Shown here piece after piece: positions 22,941 to 24,000 of a DNA stretch of 24,000 nucleotides. A program made the translations under genes and the position numbers. The notes beneath the pieces were generated by a model. The model did no database searches. It was given only the letters and a program-made list of their open reading frames with translations, and was not told the DNA's origin. Origin of the DNA: Desulfurococcales archaeon (lineage in GTDB: Archaea > Thermoproteota > Thermoprotei_A > Sulfolobales > Acidilobaceae); NCBI GenBank assembly GCA_015521705.1, contig WANR01000001.1, positions 1-24,000 on the forward strand, written 5' to 3'. How positions within the stretch are numbered: the stretch's first letter is position 1; each line of letters starts with the position of its first letter.

Positions 22941-24000
22941 GAACCATTACACCCCGCCTATATGCCAGGAAGTAGACGAAAAGTATCCAGGCTACCATAG
23001 AGGCGTATACAAGGGCAAGGCCCACGGCCCAGCCCAGCGCGAAGAGGGGCACCTTTACAGGGGCCAGGCTACCGACAACTACCTCCCTCACGGGCGATAC
23101 TAGTAGAGGATAGCTGGCGACGGCCGCTACGAGGGCTATGAGTGCTTTGATGTGCCCCTCCGCGACCCTCCAAAGGCTGCCGGAAGCGCAGGCTCCGGCG
23201 AGGCTCATGCCGAAGGCGAATATTACCCCGCCTAGAAAGTTCGAGAGGCTTACATACTTCACGTAAACTCCTGGATCCACGTAGCCCATATACTTGAGAG
23301 CCGCGGCTCCAGTGGCTCCAACGATTATGCCAAGAGCTATCCCCACCTGAAGCCTCACACTCCTGACCATTTCAGGCCCTCCAAGTAGGTCCCTGAAAGC
23401 CGTGGCAAAGCAGAACCTCGACCTCTGGATTACTAGGCCCACAAGCACGCCAACCATCGCCAAAGCTGCGAAGAAACCGTTGCCAAAGTAGTTGACAACC
23501 GAGAGTAGAAGGGCAAGAGCCAGGGCTGCCACAAGCAGTCTAGCCCACGCATTGGGCCTAGCAGTGCTGGACGCCTTAACCATAGCCCCCCCAGGGGCTT
23601 CCTCGAGCTCCACCTCGATCACTGAAGCCATCTTCTCCATCTTCCACCTGACATACCTTAGCCCAAGGTAGCCCCCCAAGACAAGTCCCGGCAGCATCGC
23701 GAAGCCGTGGAGGCTGAGAGCAGTCACGGCTGAGAAGAACCCTCCCCAGTTGCAGCCCCAGGCCAGAGCCACTCCAACAGCCATGAGGAAGCCCCCCAGA
23801 GCACCCTCTAAATACTCTATACCGCCTACAGGCCTCCGGGCCTTGAACTCGTTAGCCAGCAAGGCTGCTATGAAAGCCCCGGTCAGCAAGCCAAGGTCAC
23901 CCACGCTAGTCTTGTTAGTAAAGATGCTGGAGTGCTCGAGATCCAGGCCTAGCTGGCTGTAAACACTGGCCCCCCACTCATAGAAGCCCCCGTATATCGT
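22933..24000 (-). CDS. yeeE: YeeE/YedE-family thiosulfate/sulfur (selenium) transporter; the 5' end lies beyond the right edge
   Basis: Polytopic, with conserved Cys motifs: AWGCNWGG, QRSRFCFATAFRD and LAGACASGSLWRVAEG. The frame stays open from 23904 to 24000 (TIYGGFYEWGASVYSQLGLDLEHSSIFTNKTS...), so the track start at 23904 is an artefact. Confidence 0.85.
   Translation of the reverse strand, partial: TIYGGFYEWGASVYSQLGLDLEHSSIFTNKTSVGDLGLLTGAFIAALLANEFKARRPVGGIEYLEGALGGFLMAVGVALAWGCNWGGFFSAVTALSLHGFAMLPGLVLGGYLGLRYVRWKMEKMASVIEVELEEAPGGAMVKASSTARPNAWARLLVAALALALLLSVVNYFGNGFFAALAMVGVLVGLVIQRSRFCFATAFRDLLGGPEMVRSVRLQVGIALGIIVGATGAAALKYMGYVDPGVYVKYVSLSNFLGGVIFAFGMSLAGACASGSLWRVAEGHIKALIALVAAVASYPLLVSPVREVVVGSLAPVKVPLFALGWAVGLALVYASMVAWILFVYFLAYRRGVMVHG

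Noticed and set aside
1-24000. CRISPR arrays, IS elements or transposases, integrases, rRNA or tRNA genes
   Set aside because: I saw no regularly spaced direct repeats, no transposase- or integrase-like ORFs, and no rRNA or tRNA consensus elements on either strand. The intein is the only mobile-type element.

Overview
The window looks like a hyperthermophilic crenarchaeal chromosome segment (Desulfurococcales/Sulfolobales-like). The gene set is typical: CDP-archaeol synthase, Pus10, an Sm protein, an ArlX-type archaellum operon, tightly packed genes, frequent GTG/TTG starts and GGAGGTGA-type ribosome-binding sites.

Left to right:
- A partial AbrB/VapB-like gene at the left edge.
- A molybdenum-cofactor maturation cluster: TusA-fold protein, XdhC, CoxG and, divergently, a MocA-like gene.
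- Housekeeping genes: Pus10, a small hypothetical, BtpA and CarS.
- A KaiC/RecA-like ATPase followed by a 173 aa hypothetical.
- An exported, membrane-anchored Lon-type (S16) protease-domain protein.
- A complete minus-strand archaellum operon: arlB, small TM ORF, arlX-like, arlG, arlF, arlH, arlI, arlJ.
- A small interrupted ORF and a membrane-anchored double-wHTH regulator resembling ArnR.
- An Sm-like protein and a ~750 bp non-coding region with stable hairpins.
- A hypothetical membrane protein.
- A minus-strand operon yeeE/yedE - tusA - SelD-like PurM-family enzyme - tusA.

Most notable observations:
1. A 440 aa intein with a degenerate LAGLIDADG domain splits the Walker A P-loop of the archaellum motor ATPase ArlI.
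2. A divergent SelD-like enzyme with a ~100 aa insertion sits in a sulfur/selenium trafficking operon. A molybdenum hydroxylase maturation cluster lies in the same window.
3. Two possible homopolymer-linked frame breaks occur around the archaellum locus.

No rRNA, tRNA or CRISPR array was recognised.
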